The position numbers and the translations under genes are program-made. From an uncultured delta proteobacterium (GTDB taxonomy: Bacteria; Myxococcota; Myxococcia; SLRQ01): a stretch of DNA of 64,000 nucleotides. The stretch spans positions 1,280,001-1,344,000 of the forward strand of contig CAVSGM010000002.1 in NCBI GenBank assembly GCA_963727485.1, read 5' to 3'. Below the pieces are notes generated by a model. That model searched no databases. It was not told the origin of the DNA and saw only the letters and a list, made by a program, of their open reading frames with translations. Below are positions 19,437 through 30,419 of this stretch, piece by piece (the stretch's first letter is position 1; each line of letters begins with the position of its first letter).

Positions 19437-21430
19437 GGCGATTCCCCCTTGGGCGGAGCTTCGCGGCGCAGGGCCAGGGGCCGATAGGCCTCGCCCCCGC
19501 CGTGGAAGAACTTGCTGAAGAACTCGTAGTACTCGAGGCGCAGCACCTGGACCGACACCGTGAGGCCCTCGAGGAAGATGACCACCGCGTTGCCGATGAT
19601 CAGCACCAGGACCTTCAGGGGCCCGGAGAAGGGCACGTTCGCCAGGGTGTCGGCGACGGCGAAGAGGGCGATGAAGATCCCGGCGTGGACCGCGGCGAAG
19701 GCGGCGATGCGCACGAAGCTCACGGTGTTGGCGAGGAAGCCGAAGAGGGTGTCGACGATCTCCACCGACCCCTCCAGGGCCCGGAGCCACAGGGGGCCGG
19801 CGACCTTCTCCGGGCGGCGGCGGTCGCGGTCGAGGTGGCGGACCAACAGCGGCCGGAGCAGGAGCAGCGCCACCGGCACCGAGAGCAGCGCCACCAGCGC
19901 CCAGGGCGGCAGGGTGAGGGTCCCGGGCATCATCGCCCGCACCACCAGGAGCAGCCCCACCCAGTAGAGGGTGGCGCCGAGGAGGCCGTGGGGGCCGAAG
20001 AGGGCGCTCGCCTTCTCCCCCCGGCGCCAGGTGTTGATCACCCCGAGGATGAGGCCGCCGCTGACCAGCACCACCCCGAAGATCACCGCGATGATCATGA
20101 AGCTGTTGAGGTCGCGCAGCGGCTCCATCCAGATCACCGGGAGCAGCCCCTCGATGCCGAACAAGCTCCCGTAGAGGAAGCCGAAGACCACCGAGGCCGC
20201 CGCCGCCTCCATGAGCAGGATCCCGTAGTCGAGGAAGCGCGGGAAGTAGCGGAAGAGGAGGAAGCCGGCGCTGAAGATCACCGCCCCGTGGCCCACGTCC
20301 CCGAACATCAGGCCGAACATGATGAGGAAGGTGAGGGCGAAGAACGCCGTGGGCTCCATCTCCTGGTAGCTGGGGGTGCCGTAGAGGCGGACCAGGCGCT
20401 GGAAGGGCCGGAGCAGGAGGGGGTTTCGGTGGAGGATGGGGACCTTGAGGACGCCGGAGGTGACCTCGGGGAGCTGCTCGGGGGCCTCGAGATCGACCAC
20501 CGCGCGCCCCTCGGTGGCCCGCTCGAGGAGGCGGCGCATCCGCTCGGCGCTCTCCTCGGGGATCCAGCCGGAGATCACGGTGAACCGCCCGGAGGTGGCG
20601 AAGAGGGTCTGGGCCTGGAGCAGGAGCACCGCGGTGTCGCCCCGGGCGAGGAGGCTGGTGAGGGTGTCGGCGTGGGCGGCGCGCTGGGACGCGAGGGCGT
20701 CGGCGGCGTCGGCGGCCTCTTGCTCGGCGGCCTCGAGGCGACCCTTCAGGACCTGGGGATCCCAGCCGGTGGCGGCGTCGGGGAGCGGCACCGTCTCGAA
20801 GGGGACCACCCGCAACGCGTCGTCGAGGCGGGCCTGCCCCGAGGTGGGGACGCAGACCGCGGCCAGCACCGGGGGGCCGGCCTCGTCGAGGGGGAGGAGG
20901 GCGAAGGGCGCCGGCTGGAGGAGCGAGGCGAGGCCCTCGAGGGCCTCCTCCTCGGCGAGGCCGAGGCGCACGGTGGTGAAGGCGAGGCCCGCGAGGCGCG
21001 CCGGGTCGAGGCGCACCGAGGCCAGGCGCCGGGCCTGGGTGAGGAGGGTCCGGGTGCGGTCCATGGTCTCCCGGGCGTCGCTGTGGCGGTGCCAGGCGGC
21101 GTCCACCGCGTGCTCGATGGGCGCGAGCACCGCCTCCAGGCGATCGCGCTCGGCGGCGAGGTCGGCGGCGGCCTGGGGCTCGAGGCGCCCCACCGGCTCC
21201 GGGGGCGGCACCGAGAGGCGGGCGGCCACCTGGCGCAGGCGCCGGGTGAGGTCGCGGAAGGCGGCGAGGAGCTCCCGGGTCCCCGGGGGCGCGGCGTCGC
21301 CGGTGACCCGGCCGTGGGCGATGTCGACCAGGTGGAGGAGGCCCTCGTCGGCGATGGAGCGCGCCGCCCGGGTGGCGTCGGCGTTGGGGACCTGCACCCG
21401 CATGTGGATCATGGGGACCGGGCGGAACAT
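19433..21430 (-). CDS. V/A-type ATPase subunit I/a
   Basis: FGLMFGDVGHG, NTVSFVRIAAF, VQVLRLEYYEFFSKFF. Confidence 0.95.
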   Translation of the reverse strand: MFRPVPMIHMRVQVPNADATRAARSIADEGLLHLVDIAHGRVTGDAAPPGTRELLAAFRDLTRRLRQVAARLSVPPPEPVGRLEPQAAADLAAERDRLEAVLAPIEHAVDAAWHRHSDARETMDRTRTLLTQARRLASVRLDPARLAGLAFTTVRLGLAEEEALEGLASLLQPAPFALLPLDEAGPPVLAAVCVPTSGQARLDDALRVVPFETVPLPDAATGWDPQVLKGRLEAAEQEAADAADALASQRAAHADTLTSLLARGDTAVLLLQAQTLFATSGRFTVISGWIPEESAERMRRLLERATEGRAVVDLEAPEQLPEVTSGVLKVPILHRNPLLLRPFQRLVRLYGTPSYQEMEPTAFFALTFLIMFGLMFGDVGHGAVIFSAGFLLFRYFPRFLDYGILLMEAAAASVVFGFLYGSLFGIEGLLPVIWMEPLRDLNSFMIIAVIFGVVLVSGGLILGVINTWRRGEKASALFGPHGLLGATLYWVGLLLVVRAMMPGTLTLPPWALVALLSVPVALLLLRPLLVRHLDRDRRRPEKVAGPLWLRALEGSVEIVDTLFGFLANTVSFVRIAAFAAVHAGIFIALFAVADTLANVPFSGPLKVLVLIIGNAVVIFLEGLTVSVQVLRLEYYEFFSKFFHGGGEAYRPLALRREAPPKGESP

Positions 21431-21434
21431 CGGA

Positions 21435-22442
21435 TCAGGCCTCCATCGCCGAGGCGGCGAGGACGTCCTCGACCACCGGGGTGACCGCCGCGTCGCCCCC
21501 GGCCTCGGCGATCGCGGTCAGCCCCCGGACCTCGGCGGCGGCGAGGAGGGCGAAGGCGACGGGGGGCCCGAGGGTGAAGCCGCCGACCCGCAGGGCCCGG
21601 AGGCAGGCGGCCCGGCGCAGCTCGCGGCGGGCGGCGAGGAGGTCGTCGAAGGTGCCGACGCCCGCGGCGTCCCGGAGGATCGCCCGGGGGACCTTGGGGG
21701 CCAGGAGCCCCGGTTGCCCTGGGTGCTCGGCGAGGGCGCGCAGGGCCGCGGGGCGGACGCGCTCGGGGAGGTAGGCCAGCGCCCCCACCGCCGCCTCGGG
21801 GCCGAGGCCGTGGCGGCGGGCCCGGGCGAGGACCTCGAGATCCCGGTCGACCACCGCCTCGAGGGCGAGGCCGGCGGCGAGGTGCTCGGCGGCGGGGAGC
21901 GCCCGGGCGGCGTCGACCACCCGCCGGCCCGCCGCCTGGTCGAAGGCCAGCGCCGCCGCCGGGAGGTCCGCCTCGTGGGTGCGCCACGCGGTCCTGGCCA
22001 CCTCGCCCCAGGGGGTCCGCGACACCGCGTCGCGGACCTCGTGGAGCGCGCCGAGCCCCTGGAAGTGCTCGGGGTGGAGGGTGGCCGCCGGGCCGAGGTC
22101 CCGGAAGTCCGGGCGCCAGCGGGGCGCCGGGATCCGCCGGGCCACCGCCCGCCACCCCAGCTTGAGGTTCTCCACCTCCTCGAGGCCGGCGAGGGCCTGG
22201 AAGAGGGCGGCGGCGTCGGGGTAGAGGCGGGCGAGCTTGTGGAGCCGGGCGCCGAGGCGGGCGTCGAGGATCCGCCTGGTGGCGGCGGCGTCGGCGGCGT
22301 CGAGGCCCAGGGCCTCGAAGGCGCTCGCCACGCCCCGCGCGCCCCCGGCGCCCCGGAGCACCAGGGCGGTCTCCGGGGCGACCAGCCGCCCCCGCATCGC
22401 CCGGACCCGGGCCAGGGCGTAGGCGCGCCAGCCGAGGCTCAA
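21435..22442 (-). CDS. V/A-type ATPase subunit C/d
   Basis: YALARVRAMRGRL, EVENLK, position before subunit I. Confidence 0.7.
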   Translation of the reverse strand: MSLGWRAYALARVRAMRGRLVAPETALVLRGAGGARGVASAFEALGLDAADAAATRRILDARLGARLHKLARLYPDAAALFQALAGLEEVENLKLGWRAVARRIPAPRWRPDFRDLGPAATLHPEHFQGLGALHEVRDAVSRTPWGEVARTAWRTHEADLPAAALAFDQAAGRRVVDAARALPAAEHLAAGLALEAVVDRDLEVLARARRHGLGPEAAVGALAYLPERVRPAALRALAEHPGQPGLLAPKVPRAILRDAAGVGTFDDLLAARRELRRAACLRALRVGGFTLGPPVAFALLAAAEVRGLTAIAEAGGDAAVTPVVEDVLAASAMEA

Positions 22443-22804
22443 GGCTCGCCCTCCCCGGCCGGGGCGACCCGCGCCTCGGCCCCGTCGCCGGCCTCGAGGC
22501 CGAGGACGATGGCGGCGAAGCGCGCCGCGGCGTCGTCGAGGACCGCCTCGGCGGCGGCCTCCCGCTCGGCGAGACGCAGCTTCCGGGCGGCCCGCTTCTG
22601 CGCCGCCGCCTGCTCCCCCGCGGCCTCGATCGCCGCCACCTCGTCCTCGAGGTCGGTGGCGGCCTGGTCGTCAGCGCGGGCCCGTGCCGCCTCCCGCTCG
22701 ACCTGGGCCTGCGCCAGACGCGACCGGGCCTGGGCCTCGGCCGCCGCCAGGCGACTGCGCCACACCTCGTCCTCGGAGAGGATTGCCTCGAGCTCGGACG
22801 TCAT
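22439..22804 (-). CDS. V/A-type ATPase subunit G/H-like coiled-coil protein
   Basis: Ala/Glu/Arg-rich helix; first gene of the ATPase block. Confidence 0.6.
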   Translation of the reverse strand: MTSELEAILSEDEVWRSRLAAAEAQARSRLAQAQVEREAARARADDQAATDLEDEVAAIEAAGEQAAAQKRAARKLRLAEREAAAEAVLDDAAARFAAIVLGLEAGDGAEARVAPAGEGEP

Positions 22805-22807
22805 GGC

Positions 22808-23521
22808 TCATCCCGTCTGCCCCGCCGCCACCGGCAGGGCCTCCGGCCGTCTCCCCCGGAGCCAGTCTAGCCACGCCTCGAGCCCCTCGCCGGTCTTCGC
22901 CGAGATCCGGATCACCTTGGGATCGGGCATCACCGTGGCGAGCCCCTGCTCGAGGGCCTCGAGGTCGGTGCCCAGGTAGGGCACCAGGTCGATCTTGGTC
23001 AGGAGCACCAGGTCGGCCTTCTGGAACATCACCGGGTACTTCACCGGCTTGTCCTCGCCCTCGGTCACCGAGAGGGCGACCACGTTGGCGTGCTGCCCCA
23101 GATCGTAGATCGCCGGGCACACCAGGTTGCCCACGTTCTCGATGAAGAACAGGTCGGTGCCCTCGAGGGGCAGGTCGTGGAGGGCGTGGTGGACCATCTC
23201 CGCGTCGAGGTGGCACGCCGAGCCGGTGGTGATCGAGCGCGCGGTGATCCCCGCGGCCTCGAGGCGGCTGGCGTCGTGGTCGGTGGCGAGGTCCCCGCTG
23301 ACCCCCGAGAGGCGCCACTGGCCGGCCAGCGCCTTCGCCGTCGCCTCCAGGACCGCGGTCTTCCCGGCGCCGGGGGAGCCCATGAGGTTGAGGGCCAGCA
23401 CCCCGTGCCCCTGGAAGTGGGCCCGGTTGTGGGCCGCGGTGCGGTCGTTGACCGCGAGGATCCGCTCGTGGACCTCCACCGGCACCAGCTCGGTGTCGCC
23501 ACAGCCACAGGTGTCACACAT
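22808..23521 (-). CDS. hypB: Hydrogenase nickel incorporation GTPase
   Basis: MCDTCGC, GSPGAGKT, CHLDA, ENVGNLVCP. Confidence 0.95.
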   Translation of the reverse strand: MCDTCGCGDTELVPVEVHERILAVNDRTAAHNRAHFQGHGVLALNLMGSPGAGKTAVLEATAKALAGQWRLSGVSGDLATDHDASRLEAAGITARSITTGSACHLDAEMVHHALHDLPLEGTDLFFIENVGNLVCPAIYDLGQHANVVALSVTEGEDKPVKYPVMFQKADLVLLTKIDLVPYLGTDLEALEQGLATVMPDPKVIRISAKTGEGLEAWLDWLRGRRPEALPVAAGQTG

Positions 23522-23864
23522 GATCGGGTGCCTCCATCTCGATGCGATCGAGGAAGATGTCGTCGCCCTCGGCGAGGCTCGCCGGGATCGCGCACTCGGG
23601 GCAGCGCAGGATCTGGCCCCGGGGAATTGCCAGATGGCATCTCGGGCACTGCCACTTGGCAGGCACCCGGTGCACCACCAGCTCGGCCCCCCCGCAGAGG
23701 CCGCCCACCTTGAAGGTGTCGAAGGCGGTGGTCAGCAGATCGATCTCCACCCCGCTGACCTCGCCGATGCGCACCTCGAGGCGCCGCACCTCGGTGGCCC
23801 CGACCCGCTGGGCCTCGAGGGTCACCCGCTCCATCAGCGAGGCGACGATGCTGTACTCGTGCAT
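23514..23864 (-). CDS. hypA: Hydrogenase nickel metallochaperone
   Basis: MHEYS, CPRC..CPEC. Confidence 0.95.
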   Translation of the reverse strand: MHEYSIVASLMERVTLEAQRVGATEVRRLEVRIGEVSGVEIDLLTTAFDTFKVGGLCGGAELVVHRVPAKWQCPRCHLAIPRGQILRCPECAIPASLAEGDDIFLDRIEMEAPDHV

Positions 23865-24711
23865 CTACTTCCCCTCGAAGGTGGGGGCGCGCTTGGCGAA
23901 GAAGGCGTCGAGGCCCTCGGCGAAGTCGGCGGAGTCGGCGGAGTGCCACAGGGCCTCGAGCTCCCGGTCGAGGTGGACGTCGAGGCGCTCGCCGCCCGCC
24001 GACTCGTTCATCAGCCGCTTGGCGGCGGCGTAGGCGGCGGTGGGCCCGGCGGCGAGGCGGCGGGCCAGCGCCAGGCTCTCCGCCTCGAACTCGGCGTCGG
24101 AGAACACGGCGCTCACCAGGCCCATCTCCCGGGCCTCCCGGGCGGAGAGCCTCGGGTTGAGCAACGCGAGATCGAGGGCCCGGCGCAGCCCCACCAGCTT
24201 GGGGAGGAAGAAGGTGTTCGACTCGGCGCCGGAGAGCCCGGTCTTGAAGTAGGCGTACTCGAAGACCGAGCGCTCGCTGGCCACCACCAGGTCGCAGCAC
24301 AGGGCGAGGCCCATGCCCCCGGCGGCGCAGGCCCCGTCCACCGCGGCGATGAACGGCTTGGGGGCCCGGCGGATCTCGGAGATGGTGGCGTGGAGGTACT
24401 CGAGGATTCTGCTTGAACACCTCGCCGTAGCCCTCGGGGGTCTGGTGCGCCTCGGGGTGGAGGTAGCCGAGGTCGCCCGAGTCGCCGCCGCCGCGGATGT
24501 ACTTGAGGTCGGCGCCGCTGCAGAACACGCCCCCGGTGCCCCGGAGCACCACGCAGCGCACCTCCCGGTCCCGGGCGAAGGCGAGGCCCGCGTGGCGCAG
24601 CTCCCGGGCGGTGTCGCAGTCGAAGCTGTTGAGCCGATCGCGCCGGTCGATGGTGATGACCCCCACCGCGCCGTCCCGGGTCATGCGGATGTGGTCCATC
24701 CTGGCGGGCAT
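23865..24711 (-). CDS. Enoyl-CoA hydratase/crotonase-family protein in the hyp cluster; apparent frameshift near 24408
   Basis: FCSGADL, then KPFIAAVDGACAAGGMGLALCCD in the shifted frame; TGATG overlap with hypE. Confidence 0.85.
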
Positions 24712-25749
24712 CAGCAGATCCTCGGCAGGGGCTCGCCCTCGGGCTCGGTGAGGATCCGGCGGCCGAAGCCGGTGTCGAGGATCACCTGGCCCACGTGGGT
24801 CTGAAGGCAGGTGCCGACGATGGCCGCCTGCCGGCCCAGCGGGTGCTCGCGCATCGCCGCCAGCACCTTCTCGGCGGCCTCGGGCCGCACCCCGAACACC
24901 GCCTTGCCCTCGTTGGCCACGTGCAGCGGATCGATGCCCAGGATCTCCGCCACCGCCCGGACCTCCTCGGTGGTGGGCACCGCCCGCTCGTCGAGGAGGA
25001 TGCCCACGCCGCTCTTCTCCCCCATCTCGTGGAGGGCGCTGGAGAGCCCGCCCCGGGTGGGGTCCTTGAGGGCCACGATGTCCGCGCCCCCGGCGGCGAG
25101 CGCCAGGCGCACCAGGTCGTTGATGGGCGCCACGTCGCTCTCCAGATGCCCGTCGAGGTCGAGGTTCCCCCGCGCCGCCATCACCGCGAAGCCGTGGTCG
25201 CCCACGGTGCCGGTGACCAGGATCCGGTCGCCGGGCTTCAGGCCGCTGTCGGGGACCACCCGGTCGGCAAAGGCGACGCCGGCGGTGTTGATCACCAGGC
25301 CGTCGAGCTCGCCCTTGCCCATGACCTTGGTGTCGCCGGTGAGGATGGGCGCCCGCGCCGCCCGGGAGGTCTCGCGCATCGACACGTGGACCCGGGTCGA
25401 GGGTCTCGGTGTCGAAGCCCTCCTCGACGATGACCGCGCAGGTCAGCCCCAGCACCTCGGTGGCGCCCATCATCGCCAGGTCGTTCACCGTCCCCGACAC
25501 CGCCAGGCGCCCGATGTCGCCGCCGGGGAAGAAGAGCGGGTGGATGACGTGGGAGTCGGTGGTGATCACCAGGTAGCGATCGCCCACGCGGATCGCCGCG
25601 CCGTCGTCCATGGCGAGCGGCCCGATGCCGTCGACCTGAAGGTCCTGCATGTCCTCGAGGAAGACCTCCTCGATGAGGGCGCGCATGTGCCGCCCGCCGG
25701 CGCCGTACTTCATGGTCAGGCGCTTGTCCACGAAGGGTCTCGGTCTCAT
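24711..25749 (-). CDS. hypE: Hydrogenase maturation carbamoyl dehydratase; apparent frameshift near 25390
   Basis: TTDSHVIHPLFFPGGDIG, GDTKV, DPTRGG, C-terminal PRIC. Confidence 0.92.
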
Positions 25750-26900
25750 GACAGCGCCTCCAGGTCCGGGTGGCCGCCGTACAGCTGCCAGATGCGGCAG
25801 GTGCCCTCGCTACTGACCATGCAGGCGCCCACCGGGGCGTCGGGGGTGCAGGCCTTGCCGAAGAGGGCGCAGCCTTCGGGCGAGGCGATCCCCGCCATGA
25901 TGTCGCCGCAGATGCACTGCTCCACCAGCTTGGGGGCGGCGAAGTCCCAGAGCCCCTTCACGTCGATGTCGAAGCGCTTGCGGGCGTCGGCCCACTCGAA
26001 GGCGTCGCGCAGGCGCAGGTTCCCGTTGGGGACGTGGGCGATGCCGCGCCAGCGCCCGCCGGCGGGGCGGAAGACCTGCCACAGGGTCCTCTGGGCCTCG
26101 AGGTTCCCGGCGCGGTTGACGCACCGGGGGAAGAGGTTCTCCACCGCGGGCCGGCCCTCCTTGATGAGGGTCACCAGGCGCACCAGGGCGGCGAGGATGT
26201 CCAGGGGCTCGAAGCCGGCGACGACCACCGGCAGCCCGTGGCGCTTCACGAAGGGCTCGAAGACCCCGCAGCCGGTGATGGTGGCGGCGTGCCCGGCGGC
26301 GAGGAAGCCCTCGATGCGGCTGCCCGGCATCTCGCAGACGATCTCCATCACCGGCGGGATGTACTTGTGGGCCGAGAGGATGGAGAAGTTCTGCGGGGGA
26401 TCGGCGAGGAGCACCGCCGCGGTGGCCACCGCGGTGGTCTCGAAGCCGGTGGCGAAGAAGCACGATCTCCTCGTCGGTCGTTCGCGCCAGCTCCACCGCC
26501 TGGGCCACGCGAGTAGACCACGTCGATCTTCGCCCCCTCGGCCTGGGCCTGGGCGAGCGACATGCTGGTCCCCGGGCACCTGGAGCATGTCGCCATAGGT
26601 GGCCAGGCGCACCCCGGAGCGGGCCAGCGCCACCCCCTCGTCGACCTCGGGGACGTCGGTGATGCACACCGGGCAGCCCGGGCCCATGACCACGTCGAGG
26701 GCCTTGGGGAAGGCCGAGCGCAGCCCATAGCGGGCGATGGCCTGCTCGTGGCTGCCGCACACGTGCATCACGCTCACCGGGTCGCGGCCGATGGCCTCGG
26801 TCTCCCGGACCAGCTGGTCGGCCAGGGCCTTGGCCTTGCCCGGGTCCCGGAACTTCAGCTCCCGGACCTGGCGGCCGAGGACGGGCTCAGCGGGGGCCAC
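25746..26900 (-). CDS. hypD: Hydrogenase formation protein; compensating frameshifts at about 26460-26580
   Basis: HVCGSHE, GPGCPVC, GFETTA, PVGACMVSSEGTC. Confidence 0.92.
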   Translation of the reverse strand: MAPAEPVLGRQVRELKFRDPGKAKALADQLVRETEAIGRDPVSVMHVCGSHEQAIARYGLRSAFPKALDVVMGPGCPVCITDVPEVDEGVALARSGVRLATYGDMLQVPGDQHVARPGPGRGGEDRRGLLAWPRRWSWRERPTRRSCFFATGFETTAVATAAVLLADPPQNFSILSAHKYIPPVMEIVCEMPGSRIEGFLAAGHAATITGCGVFEPFVKRHGLPVVVAGFEPLDILAALVRLVTLIKEGRPAVENLFPRCVNRAGNLEAQRTLWQVFRPAGGRWRGIAHVPNGNLRLRDAFEWADARKRFDIDVKGLWDFAAPKLVEQCICGDIMAGIASPEGCALFGKACTPDAPVGACMVSSEGTCRIWQLYGGHPDLEALS

Positions 26901-27216
26901 GGTCGCCTCCCGGGTCGGTGCCGGTCGCCGCCGGGCCGGCCGCGCCACCGGCGTCCATCTCCCCCCGGACGTCGGAGGCCATCAGGTCCCCCTCGGGCCC
27001 GTGGGCCAGCAGCTCCTCGTAGAGGGCGAGGGTCTCGCCGATCTCCTCCTCGGGGATCCGGCGGATGGCGAAGCCCACGTGGTTGAGGACGTAGTCGCCC
27101 TCGCTCACCGGGGCGTCGACCACGTCGAGGCGCACCCGCTTGGTGACCCCGAAGAAGTCGACGGTGGCATTCAGCCCGTCGACGGCGAGCACCTTTCCGG
27201 GAACCCCGAGACACAT
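26887..27216 (-). CDS. hypC: Hydrogenase assembly chaperone
   Basis: MCLGVPGKV..YVLNHVGFA. Confidence 0.93.
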   Translation of the reverse strand: MCLGVPGKVLAVDGLNATVDFFGVTKRVRLDVVDAPVSEGDYVLNHVGFAIRRIPEEEIGETLALYEELLAHGPEGDLMASDVRGEMDAGGAAGPAATGTDPGGDRGPR

Positions 27217-27220
27217 GGCC

Positions 27221-29528
27221 TCACTCCTTGGTTGGGGGGCGCGGCGCACGGCCGCGTCGGCGACGAGCACCTGGCCGAGGGCGAGGCCGCCGTCGCCGGG
27301 CGGCACCTCCCCGTGGCGAAACACGTCGAGCCCATCTCCCTGCAGGGACCGGGCCACCGAGACCGCAAGACGCGGGTTCTGGAAGCAGCCGCCGGTGAGG
27401 ACCACCGGCCGGGCCCCGTGGCGATCCGCCGCCGCCTCCACCAGCTCCACGGTGGCGTGGGCGAGCGTCTCGTGGAACCGCGCCGAGACCACCGCCGCGC
27501 CCCGGCCGGCGAGGAGGTCCGACACCGCCTGGCGCACCAGGGGCCGCAGATCGACGCGTCCAGGGGTCGGTGGTCGAGATCGAGGGCGAAGAGGTAGCGC
27601 CCGGTCTCGGTGGGGTCGGCGACCTGGTCCCAGGCCAGCGCCAGCTGCCCCTCGTAGCCGGCCCGGGGGCGCACCAGGCCCAGGGCCGCCAGGGCGTCGA
27701 AGTAGCGCCCCACCCCGTGGGCCTCGCACGGTGTAGGCGCCGTCGGCGAGCACCTGGCGCACCGCCTGGACGGTCCGGGGCGGGAGCCGGTCGAAGAGGG
27801 CGAGCGCGTCGCAGGGGCGGGGCCCCGTCGTAGGCGTCGTCGAGGAGCGAGAGGGCCAGGCGCCAGGGCTCGCGGATCGCCTGGTCGCCCCCGGCGAGAC
27901 GGATGGGGCGGAAGGTCGCCAGGCGCCGGTAGCCGTCGGCGGACGGCGAGGAGGAGCTCGCCGCCCCAGGCGGTGCCGTCGTGCCCCGGCGCCGGTGCCG
28001 TCGTAGGCGACCCCGAGGACCTCGCCGTCCAGGCGGTGCTCGGCCATGCAGCTCATCACGTGGGCGTGGTGGTGCTGCACCGGCACCCGCACGCCGCCCT
28101 GCGAGGCCCTCGGCGTAGCGGGTGGAGAGGTAGCCGGGGTGCAGATCGTGGGCGACCACCTCGGGCTCGACGCTCGAGGAAGTGCGCCAGGCGGCCGATC
28201 TGGTCCTGGAAGCTCTCGTAGGCCTCCAGCGAGTCGAGGTCGCCGATGTGGGGCCCGAGGATGGCCTGGTCCCCGGCGGCGAGGCAGAAGGTGTTCTTCA
28301 GCTGCGCCGCCCCACCGCGAGGATGGGCCGGGCCACCGGCCGGGCGAGGCGGATGGGCGAGCGGCACGTAGCCCCGGGAGCGGCGCATCACCGTGGGCGT
28401 CCCCCCGATGACCATGGCCACCGAGTCGTCGGCCCGGGCGGCGATCTCCCGGTCGTGGAGGAGGAAGAGGTCGACCACCGGGGCGAGCTCGGTGAGGGCG
28501 TCGTCGTCCCGGAACACCGTGGGCGCGCCTGTGAGGTTCCCGGAGGTCATCACCAGGGGCCGGCCCACCTCCCGGAGCAGCAGGTGGTGGAGCGGGGTGT
28601 AGGGGAGCATCAGGCCCACCCGGGCGCTGTCCGGGGCCACGCTCGGGGCCAGCCCCGCGTCCGCGCGGGCGCGGCAGAGGACGATGGGGCGCGCCGGGCT
28701 CTCGAGGAGGGCGCGCTCTTCGGGGTCGAGCTCGGCGAGGGCCTCGGCGTCGGCCACCGTCGCCACCATCACCGCGAAGGGCTTCTCCTCCCGGTGCTTG
28801 CGCAGGCGCAGGCTCCTGACCACCGCCTCGTCGGTGGCGTCGCAGGCGAGGTGGTAGCCCCCGAGGCCCTTGATCCCGACGATCCGGCCGGCCTCCAGCG
28901 CCCGGGCCGCGGTCCACAGCGGCTCGGCCCAGACCACCGGGGCCCCGGCGGCCGAGCGCACCTCCAGGGTGGGGCCGCAGGTGGGGCAGGCGTTGGGCTG
29001 GGCGTGGAACCGCCGGCTCGCCGGGTCCTCGTACTCGGCCCGGCAGGCGGGGCACATCTCGAAGGGCGCCATGGTGGTCGCCGGCCGGTCGTAGGGGACC
29101 CCCAGCGCGATGGTGAACCTGGGCCCGCAGTCGGTGCAGTTGGTGAAGGCGTAGCCGTGGCGCCGGTCCGCGGGATCGCCGACCTCGGCGAGGCAGGTGG
29201 GGCAGGTGGCGAGGTCCGGGGGGATGGCGGCGCGGACGGCGCCCCCGTGCTCGCTGTGCTCGATGACGAAGGCGGGGCGGGCCTCGACGGGGATGGGCCG
29301 CCAGGAGATCTCGGAGATCCGCGCCGCCGGCGGGGCCTCGGACATCAGGTGCCGCAGGAGCCGGTCGAGGATCCCCGCCTCGCCAAAGGCGTCGATGGTG
29401 ACCCCGGCGGCGCCGTTCTTCACCGCCCCGGTGACCCCGAGGTCCTGGGCCAGGCGCCACACCCAGGGGCGCAGGCCCACGCCCTGGACGGTGCCCCGCA
29501 CCTGGATCCTTCGGCCCTCGGCGCTCAC
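27221..29528 (-). CDS. hypF: Carbamoyltransferase; several frameshifts in the 3' half
   Basis: Acylphosphatase VQGVGLRP, zinc fingers, KGLGGYHLAC, QHHHAH, GDGGLALGQ spread over different frames. Confidence 0.9.
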
Positions 29529-29935
29529 GACCCGGCCTCGGGGGCCCCGGGCCCGTCGGCGGCGGCCAACGAGAGGACGTAGGCGGCGACGTCCTGGCGC
29601 TCGGCCTCGGTGAGGGTGCCCTCCCAGGCGCCCATGGCGGTCCCCGGGATCCCGTGGGTGACCACCTTCAGCACGTGGGCGGGACGCGCCTGGTCGCGCC
29701 AGGCGCCCGAGGTGAAGTCCGGGGGCCGGTGCTTGAACCCGGCGTGGCGCGCCCCGTGGCCGTCGCCGGCCGGGCCGTGGCACAGCGCGCAGTGCGCCTG
29801 GAACACCACGCGGCCCCGGGCCAGGGCGCCGGGATCGCCCACGGGCACCCGGGCGGCGGGGCCCGCGGGCGACCTACAGCCCGAAGGCGCGGTCGACATG
29901 ATCAGGCAGATCGTCGTGAGGAGGAGGCGCATCAT
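29525..29935 (-). CDS. Monoheme c-type cytochrome
   Basis: CALCHG, GIPGTAMGAW. Confidence 0.85.
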   Translation of the reverse strand: MMRLLLTTICLIMSTAPSGCRSPAGPAARVPVGDPGALARGRVVFQAHCALCHGPAGDGHGARHAGFKHRPPDFTSGAWRDQARPAHVLKVVTHGIPGTAMGAWEGTLTEAERQDVAAYVLSLAAADGPGAPEAGS

Positions 29936-30419
29936 GGCCGTCTCGGGGCGTGAGGGGGTAGCCGAGGCGCGCCGCCTCCTGGACCACCCGCGCCACCAGG
30001 TCCGGGATCGCCGCCTCGACGTCGGGGGTCCGCTCGATGGACAGCTCCATCGACTCGGGCACCACCCCCACCAGGATCACCTCGTCGGGGACGTCGCCGA
30101 GGATCCGGGCGCCGTCGAGGAGATCGGCGACGCCCACCTGGTGGGGCGAGAGGCGGTGGAGGACGGCGTGGGCCACGTCCTCGCCGGTGAGGCGCACCGG
30201 GGATCCCGGCGGCGCCTTGGCGGCGATGGCGTCGACCAGGATCACCCGCCGGGCGTCCTGGAGGTAGGGCAGGAGCGAGAGCCCCAGGGTGCCCCCGTCC
30301 ATCATCAGCACCCCCTCGGGGGTCTGGTAGCCCTGTGCCAGTCGGGAGAGCGCGACGATGCCCACGCCGTCGTCGCAGCACAGGAGGTTCCCCAGCCCCA
30401 GGATGAGCAGGTCGATCAC
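29874..30419 (-). CDS. Hydrogenase maturation protease (HyaD/HybD family)
   Basis: LGLGNLLCCDDGVG, DGGTLG, SPHQVG. Confidence 0.92.
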   Translation of the reverse strand: MIDLLILGLGNLLCCDDGVGIVALSRLAQGYQTPEGVLMMDGGTLGLSLLPYLQDARRVILVDAIAAKAPPGSPVRLTGEDVAHAVLHRLSPHQVGVADLLDGARILGDVPDEVILVGVVPESMELSIERTPDVEAAIPDLVARVVQEAARLGYPLTPRDGHDAPPPHDDLPDHVDRAFGL

